A program made the translations under genes and the position numbers. From Desulfomonilia bacterium (GTDB lineage Bacteria > Desulfobacterota > Desulfomonilia > UBA1062): a stretch of DNA of 64,000 nucleotides. Where the stretch lies: NCBI GenBank assembly GCA_963664325.2, contig CAXXDQ010000007.1, positions 640,001-704,000 on the forward strand. Direction: 5' to 3'. Shown here piece after piece: positions 9,891 through 20,086 of this stretch (position 1 is its first letter; every line of letters starts with the position of its first letter). Below the pieces are notes generated by a model, which was not told the origin of the DNA, did not search any database, and saw nothing but the letters and a program-made list of their open reading frames with translations.

Positions 9891-11879
9891 TTAATCATTA
9901 TCGGTGTTCAAGGGGATTGTTACTACAAAGATACCGCCTACATCAGACGGTTTTACTTCAATCATCCCACCATGTGCATGGATTATCTCTTTAGTTATTG
10001 CCAGCCCCAGACCTATCCCGCGCCTCGAATTACCGCTTATACCGACAAAAAATTCATTGAAAAGGTCTTTTGCCTCTTCTTCCTTTACACCGGGACCCGA
10101 GTCAATAACCGATATTTCTGCAGTTTCCTGTTTCAAAATCTTATTTAAATCCTGACTCCCCTCTGTCTGTACCAGCTTCACCCTCACCAGACCATTTTCA
10201 CTGGAGTGCTTGATCGCGTTGTCAATAAGGTTTGTCAAAGCCTGCTCTATGCGAAGAAGATCAACATATGCGGAGCGAATAAACTCATCGGCTTCCAGCA
10301 CTATTGATATTCCTTTTTCATCCGCCTTGATCTGCATGTCCCGTACAACATGCCTCATGAGATCATACAAATCCACCTGTTGCCTGTTTAAAGTAAGTTT
10401 ACCTGAGTTTATTCTAGCAAAATCAAGAAGTGCGTTCGTAAAATTGACCAGTTTCTCACAGTGCTTTTCGATTTCTTCAATGCATTCCTGCTGGGATGAA
10501 CTGAGCCTGCCTGTTATATCTTTTGCAAGCATCCTCACATAACCCCTGAGCACTGTAAGGGGTACCCGTATTTCATGAGAAGCGACATGGAGAAATCTGG
10601 TTTTAAGGGCCAGCAGTTCCTTTTTGCTGGTAATATCTCTTACCATGCCGACGAAGCAGTTCCCCCCGTTTATATTCAGTTTGCCTACGCTTATTTCAAG
10701 GGTTACCTGTGTACCATCTTTCCGGTTTGTAACAACTTCGAGATTCGGGATAAAACCGTTTGGACTTACACCCCGTAATGTTATTGCAATCCCTTTTACC
10801 GCATCTCTTGATATAAAATGCCTGTAATGTCTGTTGAAAAGCTCATCCGTGCAATATCCGAGCATCTCCTGGAATTTTTTGTTGGTAATGATGAACCTTC
10901 CGTCTTTCAGCATGTACATCGCGTCTGTTGCACTTTCAATAAGCTCCCTATACTGATCTTCAATTTTTTTGAATTCCCTTTCCCTTAAACGATCAAGGGT
11001 GACGTCGCGAATGCTTGCAATGACCTGCAATCTCGGCTTTACAGGCAGCAGTGAAAATTCAAAATTCAGGACCCGTCCATTATGCTTTTTGTCAATTGAA
11101 AACGATTCCATATCGGGCCTTATGTTTTTTTGAATTTCTTTTCCTATAACCTCAGCAATATTCTCTCCCTGAGTGAGTCCTGTCATTTCAAAGGCCTTCC
11201 GGTTCAGCATGACTACATCCCCATTGGAATCACATGTGATGACACCTATTGAAATATAACCGAACATGCCTATAGCCTGTTTTCTGAACTCGGACACAGC
11301 ATGATCGGTCATTGATAGTTCATCCCTGAGCAGCGTATTGATGTCATCAACTTCACGCATGAGCCTTGCATTTCTGAGCGCAAGGGCTGCTGGGGCCAGG
11401 ATTATGTTCATAAGTGAGAGGTCTTGTTTTGTGAATACGGCTTTTCTGGAATGGCTTATATTCAAAACGCCGACAAGCTCCTTTTTTCCATATATCATCG
11501 GAAGACTCATCAATGATCGCACTTTGACCTTCATTTCACTGGCTTCAATCAACGGATTGGACATTATATCACCGAGAATTACCGGCTCTAATGTTTGAGC
11601 AACCTTTCCCGCAATACCCTCTCCTATTTGCAAATTAAGGCCCAGGGATTCTTCGGAGTATCTGCTGGTTTCATCCAGCTTTCCTTTTGCAGCCCTGATT
11701 TCAAGGAATTTTCCATTACGCGACGGCATCATGATTGATGCATTTTCGGCATTAGCCTCTTCAATGACTATATCGAGAATGGCACCGGCAACAGCTTCAA
11801 CATCCGGCGCATATGATATGGCCTGATTTACTTTCTTCAGTATGGTTAATTCTTTTGTGCGTAAATCGTTCATTGCCAT
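9891..11879 (-). CDS. Cytoplasmic sensor histidine kinase (GAF-PAS-PAS-HisKA-HATPase)
   Basis: GAF (GEGIAGKVA), PAS, H-box ASHEIRVPL, NLIDNAIKH, DSGPG, GIGLGLAI. Confidence 0.93.
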   Translation of the reverse strand: MAMNDLRTKELTILKKVNQAISYAPDVEAVAGAILDIVIEEANAENASIMMPSRNGKFLEIRAAKGKLDETSRYSEESLGLNLQIGEGIAGKVAQTLEPVILGDIMSNPLIEASEMKVKVRSLMSLPMIYGKKELVGVLNISHSRKAVFTKQDLSLMNIILAPAALALRNARLMREVDDINTLLRDELSMTDHAVSEFRKQAIGMFGYISIGVITCDSNGDVVMLNRKAFEMTGLTQGENIAEVIGKEIQKNIRPDMESFSIDKKHNGRVLNFEFSLLPVKPRLQVIASIRDVTLDRLREREFKKIEDQYRELIESATDAMYMLKDGRFIITNKKFQEMLGYCTDELFNRHYRHFISRDAVKGIAITLRGVSPNGFIPNLEVVTNRKDGTQVTLEISVGKLNINGGNCFVGMVRDITSKKELLALKTRFLHVASHEIRVPLTVLRGYVRMLAKDITGRLSSSQQECIEEIEKHCEKLVNFTNALLDFARINSGKLTLNRQQVDLYDLMRHVVRDMQIKADEKGISIVLEADEFIRSAYVDLLRIEQALTNLIDNAIKHSSENGLVRVKLVQTEGSQDLNKILKQETAEISVIDSGPGVKEEEAKDLFNEFFVGISGNSRRGIGLGLAITKEIIHAHGGMIEVKPSDVGGIFVVTIPLNTDND

Positions 11880-11894
11880 CCCGGGTTAAAATGC

Positions 11895-13376
11895 TTAACG
11901 GTTACGCCTTTTAGCTTTTTTAGCAAGCTTTCTTTTATCCTTTCTCTTCTGTTCGTCCGCTTTCAAGTCTACCATGACTCTTTTCGGAGCATGATCAGGC
12001 ATCTGATCCATAAACATGTTGGCCATGCCTCCAAGCCCCATTTTAGCAAGGCCTTTTTTGTTTCCCTGTCCCAGGTTGCGCATCATATTGCGCATCATTT
12101 TGAACCTGCCGACAAGCCCTGTTACCTGTTCTGACGGCTGGCCGCTTCCTTTCGCAATTCTATGTAGCCTGCTCTCGTTAAGGATATCTGGAAACTGTCT
12201 TTCCTGTTTCGTCATTGAGTTGATCATTGCTTCAACCCTTACAAGTTCCCTGTCATCCACCTTCAGCCCCTGCGGCACTCCAAGCTGACCAAGCGGAAGC
12301 TTATCTAATATATCGGCCAAAGACCCCATTTTCTTAATCATCCGGAGCTGCTTGACGAAGTCATCAAAGGTAAAATCTCCCTTTAACATCTTCATTGCAT
12401 CCTCTTCGGCCTTTTTCTCATCAACTACCTGTTCGAAATCCTTAACAAGCCCAACTACGTCACCGAAGCCAAGGATCCGGGATGCAAGTCCCTCGGGTCT
12501 GAACTCTTCAAGCCTGTCAAGCGATTCTCCCATTCCGAGGAATTTTATAGGTTTTCCGGTGACCTGCTTGATGGATATGGCCGCTCCTCCCCTGGCATCC
12601 CCGTCAAGTTTGGTCAGGATAAAACCTGATATGCCAAGCCTGCGGTCGAACTCGCCGGCGACATTGACCGAGTCCTGGCCAATCATCGCATCTACGACAA
12701 GAAGGATGTCATCGGGGTTGGTAAACGACTTTATCTCTTCAAGCTCCCTCATGAGAATATCGTCGACAATCGTGCGGCCCGCCGTATCGAAAAGAACGAC
12801 ATCGCAGCCCTTGAATCTGGCGGCTTCCATGGAATCCCTGCATATGTCGGGAGGATTTTTACCCGGCGCATGAAAGACCGGCATGTTAAGTCTTCCGCCA
12901 AGCACCTTAAGCTGTTCGATAGCCGCAGGACGGTAGATATCCGCCGCAACCAGCATGGGTTTTTTACCCTGTTTCTCCAGGTGCCGGGCTAATTTTGCCG
13001 TGGTCGTGGTTTTACCGCTTCCCTGGAGACCAACCATCATTATGGAAGAAACCGGCTTGGATTTAAGGCTGAGACTCGTATCAACAGGTCCCATAATGGC
13101 CGCAAGTTCGTCATAGCATATCTTTATAAAATGTTGATCCGGTGAGACCCTTATTTTCTTGCCGGCATGGCTAATTCTTGTCCTGACGATTTCTCCGACT
13201 GCCTTGTCCTTTACTGTTTCCAGAAAATTTTTCACTACATGGAATTCAACATCCGCCTCGAGCATGGATATGCGTATCTCTTTTATTGCATCCTCGATAT
13301 TGTTCTCCTGCAGAGTGGTTTTACCCTGCAATATCTCCTGAGCCTTTTTAAAGCCGCCGGATATAAGTTCAAGCAT
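11895..13376 (-). CDS. ffh: Signal recognition particle protein Ffh
   Basis: GLQGSGKTTT, DTAGR, TKLDGDARGG, Met-rich M domain with SRLHRIAKGSG. Confidence 0.97.
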   Translation of the reverse strand: MLELISGGFKKAQEILQGKTTLQENNIEDAIKEIRISMLEADVEFHVVKNFLETVKDKAVGEIVRTRISHAGKKIRVSPDQHFIKICYDELAAIMGPVDTSLSLKSKPVSSIMMVGLQGSGKTTTTAKLARHLEKQGKKPMLVAADIYRPAAIEQLKVLGGRLNMPVFHAPGKNPPDICRDSMEAARFKGCDVVLFDTAGRTIVDDILMRELEEIKSFTNPDDILLVVDAMIGQDSVNVAGEFDRRLGISGFILTKLDGDARGGAAISIKQVTGKPIKFLGMGESLDRLEEFRPEGLASRILGFGDVVGLVKDFEQVVDEKKAEEDAMKMLKGDFTFDDFVKQLRMIKKMGSLADILDKLPLGQLGVPQGLKVDDRELVRVEAMINSMTKQERQFPDILNESRLHRIAKGSGQPSEQVTGLVGRFKMMRNMMRNLGQGNKKGLAKMGLGGMANMFMDQMPDHAPKRVMVDLKADEQKRKDKRKLAKKAKRRNR

Positions 13377-13536
13377 AATCTTTCTCCTGGATTATTTAGA
13401 ATTATTACCGTATCCGATAAAGTCATTGTGTGTCAATCTTCAGGTCTCTGACCGGAAAATATTCTGTATTAAAGCTCAGGAATTTATGGCAGATACAGAA
13501 AGCCTATTAATTAAAATTTGTTAGAGGGAGAAGCAT

Positions 13537-14859
13537 ATGGCTTCAATGAAAATGACTTTAAGGGACAAGACAACCCTGGGTATTCTTGTGGCTATGTCAA
13601 TTTTCCTGCTTGCCGACCAGAGAATAATGTCAGCCATCCTGCCCGAGCTTTCAAGAGAATACGGCGTCAGCGACTGGCAGCTCGGACTGATCGGTTCGGC
13701 TTTCGTGCTAGTCGGTTCTATCGTAAGCATCCTTTTCGGCTATTATACCGACAAGTTCTCACGCAAATGGCTCCTGATCGCCACCGTCCTCGTCGGCGAA
13801 ATCCCATGCCTGTTTTCAGGCCTGCCGTTTTTCACAAAGACCCTCGGCGGTTTCGTGTTCTGGAGGGTCCTTTCCGGTATCGGCGTTGGAGGAATCTTTC
13901 CGATATCGCTGTCTCTTCTAGCCGACTACTTCAAGGAAGAGCACAGAGCCACGGCTTCGGCATGGCTGCAGACCGCATGGGCCGTGGGGTCGATCGTGGG
14001 GGTGGCAGTTGCAGGTTTCATGACCAACAAATACGGCTGGCGCATATCATTTGTCCTCATTGCGCTGCCTAACCTCCCGCTGGCCCTGATATTCGCCCTG
14101 TTCGCAAAAGACCCGCAAAGGGGACGGACGGAAGACGCGCTTGAAGACCTGATACAGAAAGGACTCGCATACAAACAGGTGATCCGCCTCAGGGATTTCA
14201 AGATCATATTCGGCAACAGGACTAATTTCTGGACCTTCATTCAGGCGATCCCGGGGACCGTACCGTGGGGCATACTCGGATACTGGATAATACACTTCTT
14301 CGAAAACGTGAGGCATGTTTCAAAGGAGAAGGCTACCACCATCTTCCTCGTCCTGGGCCTCGGCGCAACTCTGGGAATAATATTCTTCGGCTATATAGGT
14401 GAATGGCTGTACAGGAAAAACCCGAAATACAACCCACTCATGTGCGGCGCCATAGTCCTGCTGGGATGCATCCCTGCCTTCATGCTCATCAACATAAGCT
14501 TTGACGCTTCAGGCGCCGGCTTTTATACATATCTCTTCCTGGCATTCTGTATGGGATTCCTGGTGGTCGTCGCAGCCCCCAACTGCAAAGCAATCCTCAT
14601 GAACGTGAACCGGCCTGAGCACAGGGGCACCGTTTTCGCATGCTTCAACATCACCGAGAATATCAACCAGGGACTGGGACCAATGATCGGAGGGCTTCTG
14701 CTTCCGTTCGGTTATCTGTTCATGATGAACTTCTCCATATTCTGGTGGATTCCTTGCGGGCTTATGCTGCTGATAGTCGCAAGATTCATAACGATTGACA
14801 GGGACGCTCTCAGGAAACTGCTCGAGGAGCGCGCCGAAGAGATGAAAAAAGGATCATGA
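13537..14859 (+). CDS. MFS transporter, probable sugar/galactoside uptake
   Basis: About 12 hydrophobic segments, GYYTDKFSRK motif A, first gene upstream of the alpha-galactosidase. Confidence 0.88.
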   Translation: MASMKMTLRDKTTLGILVAMSIFLLADQRIMSAILPELSREYGVSDWQLGLIGSAFVLVGSIVSILFGYYTDKFSRKWLLIATVLVGEIPCLFSGLPFFTKTLGGFVFWRVLSGIGVGGIFPISLSLLADYFKEEHRATASAWLQTAWAVGSIVGVAVAGFMTNKYGWRISFVLIALPNLPLALIFALFAKDPQRGRTEDALEDLIQKGLAYKQVIRLRDFKIIFGNRTNFWTFIQAIPGTVPWGILGYWIIHFFENVRHVSKEKATTIFLVLGLGATLGIIFFGYIGEWLYRKNPKYNPLMCGAIVLLGCIPAFMLINISFDASGAGFYTYLFLAFCMGFLVVVAAPNCKAILMNVNRPEHRGTVFACFNITENINQGLGPMIGGLLLPFGYLFMMNFSIFWWIPCGLMLLIVARFITIDRDALRKLLEERAEEMKKGS

Positions 14860-14872
14860 CCCGGAGGTTTAT

Positions 14873-17053
14873 ATGGCTATTTCTTACGATAAAGATAAGG
14901 GTATTTTCAAACTCAGGGCAGGCACATCAGACTATATAATGAAAACAGCATGGGGTGATCTCGTACACCTCTACTGGGGAAAAACGGTAACTGACGCCGA
15001 TCTCTCGCCGTTCATACGTCAGGCGATAAGGGTCTACTCGCCGGACACGCATCCGGGAGAATTCGTATCGTACGACTTTCTGCCGCTCGAATACCCGTTC
15101 TACGGCACTGGCGATTTCAGGCAGCCCGCGTTTCAGGTGCAAACCGCGGACGGCTACAGGCTGACCGAGCCTAAATATCAGGCTCACAGAATCATAAAGG
15201 GCAAACCCGCTCTTGTTGGCCTGCCTTCAACCTATGTTGAAAACGATGATGAGGCCGAAACCCTTATAATCGACATGTACGACCCGCTTATCAGATTGAA
15301 GGTCGAACTGACTTATACAGCTTTTGAAAAGTACAACGCCATTGCACGCTCGGTAAAATTCATCAACGAGAGCGATGCAAAGGTCAAGCTTATGAGGGCG
15401 CTTTCCTTCAGCATCGATTTCATGAAATGCGACTACGATATGCTTCAGCTTTCCGGCTCGTGGGGCCGCGAGCGGCATATACACAAGAGGCCGCTCGTTC
15501 CGGGCACCCATTCCATAGAGAGCAGACGCGGCGTGAGCAGCCACCAGCAGAACCCGTTCATCGCCCTGCTCGACAAAGACGCAGGCGAGGACAACGGCAG
15601 CGTCTACGGCTTTTCTCTCGTATACAGCGGATCTTTCCTGGGCTCGGTCGAAGTTGAACAGTATGACTATGCCAGGGTCGCCATGGGCATAAACCCGTTT
15701 GATTTCGGCTGGACACTCGATCCGGGTGAAAGCTTCCAGGCGCCAGAGGCGATTCTTGTATATTCCGGCACCGGACTCACCGGCATGTCGCAGACATACC
15801 ACGGGCTTTATTCGAAAAGTCTCTGCAGAGGCGTTTACAGGGACAGGGAGCGGCCGGTATGCATAAACAACTGGGAGGCCACTTACTTCGCGTTCAACGA
15901 GGAGCATCTCGTTGCCATAGCTGCCGACTTCAAGGAACTGGGTGCCGAGATTTTCGTAGTTGACGACGGGTGGTTCGGAAAGAGGGACGACGACTCGTCC
16001 TCTCTTGGCGACTGGTTCGTCAATAAGGATAAGCTGCCCGGCGGACTCAAATCCCTCGGAGAAAAGGTCCTTGCCCTGGGCATGGAGTTCGGTGTCTGGG
16101 TCGAGCCGGAGATGATATCGAAGAACAGCGAACTCTACCGCGCACATCCGGACTGGTGCATACACGCGCCGGGCAGGAGGCAGACCGAATCCCGCAACCA
16201 GCTCGTCCTGGACCTGTCCCGTGCCGACGTATGCGAATACGTGACAAGCGTGCTCAGCGAGGTATTTTCAAGCGCGCCGATCACATATGTCAAGTGGGAC
16301 ATGAACAGGAGCCTTACGGAAATAGGTTCCGCCCTGGCGTCGCCCGAACGTCAGATCGAGACGGCGCACCGCTTTGTCCTTGGTCTTTACAGCATACTCG
16401 AAACACTTACGGCGAAATTCCCTGGCATTCTTTTCGAGAGCTGCGCCAGCGGCGGCGGCAGGACCGACCCCGGCATGTTGGCATACATGCCGCAGACGTG
16501 GATAAGCGACGACACCGATGCATTCGAGCGCATAAAGATACAGCACGGCACCAGCATCATATATCCGCCGATAAGCATCGAAGTGCATGTCTCGGCGTCG
16601 CCCAACCATCAGATACACCGGATGACCCCCATGATGACGCGCCTGCATGCAGGCATGGCCGCCAACTTCGGCTTCGAGATTGACGCATCCAAACTTACCG
16701 CTCAGGAAAGGGATCTGATAAAGGCGAACATCGCCCTTTACAAGGAGATCAGGCCGATAATCCAGTTCGGCGGCTTCTTCAGGCTCTTAAGCCCGTTCGA
16801 TGGAAACGAGACCGCCTGGATATACGTCACAGAAGACAGGGAAAAGGCCGTGCTCTTCTATTTCAAGAAAACGGCGGGCGCGCATGAGCCGTTCAAGACC
16901 TTAAGGCTGAAGGGGCTCGCGCCGGACAAGAGATACACCCTCGTAGGCCTTGGCCAGTCCTTCAGCGGAGACACTCTAATGAATGCAGGCATCAACACCC
17001 CCGGCGTGATAGGCGATTTCGGCAGTTCGATGATCCGGCTGTACAGCGAATGA
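14873..17053 (+). CDS. Alpha-galactosidase, GH36
   Basis: NNWEATYF, VVDDGWFG, FGVWVEPEM, YVKWDMNR, FESCASGGGR, WISDDTD. Confidence 0.96.
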   Translation: MAISYDKDKGIFKLRAGTSDYIMKTAWGDLVHLYWGKTVTDADLSPFIRQAIRVYSPDTHPGEFVSYDFLPLEYPFYGTGDFRQPAFQVQTADGYRLTEPKYQAHRIIKGKPALVGLPSTYVENDDEAETLIIDMYDPLIRLKVELTYTAFEKYNAIARSVKFINESDAKVKLMRALSFSIDFMKCDYDMLQLSGSWGRERHIHKRPLVPGTHSIESRRGVSSHQQNPFIALLDKDAGEDNGSVYGFSLVYSGSFLGSVEVEQYDYARVAMGINPFDFGWTLDPGESFQAPEAILVYSGTGLTGMSQTYHGLYSKSLCRGVYRDRERPVCINNWEATYFAFNEEHLVAIAADFKELGAEIFVVDDGWFGKRDDDSSSLGDWFVNKDKLPGGLKSLGEKVLALGMEFGVWVEPEMISKNSELYRAHPDWCIHAPGRRQTESRNQLVLDLSRADVCEYVTSVLSEVFSSAPITYVKWDMNRSLTEIGSALASPERQIETAHRFVLGLYSILETLTAKFPGILFESCASGGGRTDPGMLAYMPQTWISDDTDAFERIKIQHGTSIIYPPISIEVHVSASPNHQIHRMTPMMTRLHAGMAANFGFEIDASKLTAQERDLIKANIALYKEIRPIIQFGGFFRLLSPFDGNETAWIYVTEDREKAVLFYFKKTAGAHEPFKTLRLKGLAPDKRYTLVGLGQSFSGDTLMNAGINTPGVIGDFGSSMIRLYSE

Positions 17054-17064
17054 AAGGTGAAACG

Positions 17065-18036
17065 ATGAAACTTAAATTATCGGTGTTCCTCGGCAATGCA
17101 GGTTCGTGTTCTGACAGGTTCTGCTCGGCCTACGGCAGGCCGTATTCGACAGAGGAGCTTTTTGAAAGGGTCGCGTCTGTGGACGGCATTACCGGTGTGG
17201 ATCTCGTAGGCACTGATGACATCCTTGATAATCTTGATAAGGTGAAAGCCTGCCTCAAGCGCACCGGCCTTTCGGTCGTATCCATTGTGCCGGACCTGTT
17301 TTCTCCGGCCGTATTCAGGCAGGGCACATACTCTTCCATCGACAGGGCGGTCCGCAGCGAGGCGATCGCACATACCAAAAGGGTGATCGATGCAGCCTCG
17401 GAACTCGGCTGCAGCCTTGTCGCCCCATGGCCCGGCCAGGACGGTTATGACTATCTCTTTCAGTCCGACTACGAAACTGAGCGTACGCTTTTCGAAGAGG
17501 CCGTAAAGGAGCTGTGCGATTACAACAGGGATATCAGGATCGGCCTCGAATACAAACCCAAGGAACCGCGCAACCGCTGCTATGCAAGCACAGCGGCCGT
17601 AACGCTCCTGATGCTCATGCAAACCGGCGCCGCCAACTGCGGAGTGGTGCTCGACTACGGCCACGCCCTTTACGCCTATGAAAATCCGGCCGAGGTTGTG
17701 GCGCTCCTACACAAGTACGGCGACAGGCTTATGCACATCCATATCAACGACAACTACCGCTACTGGGACGACGATATGATAGCGGGCAGCGTACATACGC
17801 TCGAATACCTGGAATTCTTCTACTGGCTCAGGCGAACGGACTATTCCGGGTGGGTCACAATCGATCAGTTCCCTTACAGGGAGGACGGCCGGGACGCCAT
17901 TTCAGAGAGCGCCGCATGGCTTACAAAATTTCATGAGATAATTGAAAAGACGGACGCCCAAAAAATCGAAGCAGTATTCAAGAAAAAGGACGCCATCGCA
18001 TCTAGTCGCTTCATGCGCGAGCTGCTTTTCGGATAG
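17065..18036 (+). CDS. Xylose-isomerase-like TIM-barrel sugar isomerase/epimerase
   Basis: WPGQDGYDY, LEYKPKEPR, LDYGH, HIHIND, WDDD, DQFP metal-binding motifs; alternative start 17050. Confidence 0.85.
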   Translation: MKLKLSVFLGNAGSCSDRFCSAYGRPYSTEELFERVASVDGITGVDLVGTDDILDNLDKVKACLKRTGLSVVSIVPDLFSPAVFRQGTYSSIDRAVRSEAIAHTKRVIDAASELGCSLVAPWPGQDGYDYLFQSDYETERTLFEEAVKELCDYNRDIRIGLEYKPKEPRNRCYASTAAVTLLMLMQTGAANCGVVLDYGHALYAYENPAEVVALLHKYGDRLMHIHINDNYRYWDDDMIAGSVHTLEYLEFFYWLRRTDYSGWVTIDQFPYREDGRDAISESAAWLTKFHEIIEKTDAQKIEAVFKKKDAIASSRFMRELLFG

Positions 18037-18083
18037 ACTGCTAAAGTGCAACGGCATATTATAAGCTTTAATGGAGGTGGAAC

Positions 18084-18302
18084 ATGGCTCAGGCAAGCAT
18101 TGCTTTACGCATACCAGAAGAAGTCAATAAAACCCTTGAGCAATATGCCAAGCTAATTGATCGTCCAAAGGTCTGGCTCATAAAAAAAGGGATCGACGCC
18201 ATCATTCAGGAAATGGAGGACTTGTCGATAGCTAATGCTAGGCTGAATGACCCTCACTCCGAGTACAGGGATTTCGATGAAATCAGGAAAGAATTAAGCT
18301 GA
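18084..18302 (+). CDS. Ribbon-helix-helix antitoxin-like protein with no adjacent toxin
   Basis: RBS GGAGGTGG; SIALRIPEEVNKTLEQYAK RHH pattern; acidic tail EDLSIANARL...DFDEIRKEL. Confidence 0.75.
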   Translation: MAQASIALRIPEEVNKTLEQYAKLIDRPKVWLIKKGIDAIIQEMEDLSIANARLNDPHSEYRDFDEIRKELS

Positions 18303-18344
18303 ACAAATATTAAATAAAGAATTTAACATTGAAGGAAATACAAC

Positions 18345-19028
18345 ATGAGTTATTCTAAAACCATTGTGTGTTTGGCCAACTCATCAAAATCAAATGAAGC
18401 TTGTGTTGCTGGCAAAGTAATTGAATCAGGTAATATTAGAGAATGGCTTAGACCTGTAAGTTCAAGAACAACTCAGGAAATATCAAAAAGAGAAAGATCA
18501 TTTAAAAATGGTTCGGAGATTAGTCTTCTTGATATTGTAACAATAGGTTTTGAAAAGCCTATTCAAGTATCTCATCAGTCCGAAAATCACCTAATAGAAG
18601 CTGGAATTAAATGGGAAAAGATTGGTATTTATGAATGGGCAAATATCCCCAAGCTAGTTGATAATCCTGACACACTATGGAGCAATAGTGATAGTAGCAA
18701 GCATGGGTTGAACAATCGGCTAACTGTTGAAGAGGCAAAACTATTCAATTGTTCACTCTACTTGGTCTATGTTGATAAGGTAGAATTGAATATTTGTCCA
18801 AAAGCACCACAATTTGGTGATATGAAAAGAATTATTCTGGCTAGTTTTAAGTATAAGAATTGTTCATATCGAATTGATGTAAAAGACCCCTATTTTTATC
18901 AGCGAGATGATGGGAAATATATTACAGAATCAGCTTATCTATGTATAAGTCTTACTGAACCATATAAAAAAGATGGGTTATGTTACAAGATCATTGCCGC
19001 GATTTTTTATGAGGAGCGGTTCAAATGA
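18345..19028 (+). CDS. Dual OB-fold-like protein of the type found with DUF488 genes
   Basis: KTIVCLANSSK...CVAG, WLRPVS, HQSENH, CISLTEPY...CYKIIAAI; AT-rich. Confidence 0.7.
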   Translation: MSYSKTIVCLANSSKSNEACVAGKVIESGNIREWLRPVSSRTTQEISKRERSFKNGSEISLLDIVTIGFEKPIQVSHQSENHLIEAGIKWEKIGIYEWANIPKLVDNPDTLWSNSDSSKHGLNNRLTVEEAKLFNCSLYLVYVDKVELNICPKAPQFGDMKRIILASFKYKNCSYRIDVKDPYFYQRDDGKYITESAYLCISLTEPYKKDGLCYKIIAAIFYEERFK

Positions 19029-19624
19029 ATAATATCATTTATACAATCGGGCATTCGAATCATTCGACTGAACAATTCATCGGATTATTGAAGCGCCATG
19101 GAATAACCGCCGTTGCAGATGTCCGGTCGCATCCAGTAAGCCGCCATAATCCCCAGTTCAACCGTGAATCACTTGAAAAGGATTTGAAGCAAACAGGAAT
19201 AGCCTATGTATTTTTAGGCAAGGAACTCGGCGCAAGAAGTGAAAACAAAAATTGCTATGTTGATGGAAAGGTTCAATATGAGCTTCTTTCCCGTGAACCT
19301 CTTTTTAAAGAAGGGATTGAACGTATTCTCAAGGGAATAGAAAAATACCGTATTGCCCTGTTGTGTGCGGAAAAAGACCCTTTGAATTGCCACCGTACAT
19401 TTCTAGTCGGGAACAGCCTGCGTAGGCTTGGCGTTGAAATAACCCATATCCTTGCAAATGGTGAACTGGAAACTCAGCTTGAAGCTGAAAAAAGACTTTT
19501 AAAACAACTTAAAATGCACGAGGAAAATCTGATTGAAAGCCGGGATGATATTCTGATGAAGGCTTTTGCGATTCAGTCCGGAAGGATCGCCTATAAAGCT
19601 CATACACCAACCGCAGGAAGATAG
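19025..19624 (+). CDS. DUF488 family protein
   Basis: IYTIGHSNH, ADVRSHPVS, YVFLGKELGAR, LLCAEKDPLNCHR. Confidence 0.9.
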   Translation: MNNIIYTIGHSNHSTEQFIGLLKRHGITAVADVRSHPVSRHNPQFNRESLEKDLKQTGIAYVFLGKELGARSENKNCYVDGKVQYELLSREPLFKEGIERILKGIEKYRIALLCAEKDPLNCHRTFLVGNSLRRLGVEITHILANGELETQLEAEKRLLKQLKMHEENLIESRDDILMKAFAIQSGRIAYKAHTPTAGR

Positions 19625-19636
19625 AAGGTATATATA

Positions 19637-20071
19637 ATGAAACTATTTACAATCGGATTTACTAAAAAGAACGCGAAAGAATTTTTTACGCTGCTTAAAC
19701 GCTCTGGTGTCAAACGCCTGATTGATATCCGACTTAATAATGTTTCGCAGCTTGCCGGATTCACGAAAAAGGATGACCTTAAATATTTTCTGAAAGAGAT
19801 TTGCAACATTGATTATATCCACATGCCCGAACTGGCGCCGACGCAGGAGATTCTTGATGCATTTAAAAAGAACGGCGGCGACTGGAACGATTACGAGAAG
19901 TCGTTCAAAGAACTGATGTCTAAAAGACAAATCGAAAACCTCGTAACACCCGAACTCATAGACAATGCCTGCTTGCTTTGCAGCGAAGCCACACCCGAGC
20001 ACTGTCACCGCCGTCTTGTTGCAGAATATCTTGCTAAGAAGTGGGATAATATTGAAATATTAAATTTGTAA
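19637..20071 (+). CDS. DUF488 family protein (short subtype)
   Basis: LFTIGFTKK, IDIRLNNVSQLAGF, ELAPT, LLCSEATPEHCHRR. Confidence 0.9.
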   Translation: MKLFTIGFTKKNAKEFFTLLKRSGVKRLIDIRLNNVSQLAGFTKKDDLKYFLKEICNIDYIHMPELAPTQEILDAFKKNGGDWNDYEKSFKELMSKRQIENLVTPELIDNACLLCSEATPEHCHRRLVAEYLAKKWDNIEILNL

Positions 20072-20086
20072 TAAGGAAATAAACAA

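Noticed and set aside
15227-16165. Long antisense ORFs (also 22491-23132 and 50483-51136)
   Set aside because: They lie opposite well-supported genes and show no recognisable motifs, so they are treated as shadow ORFs.
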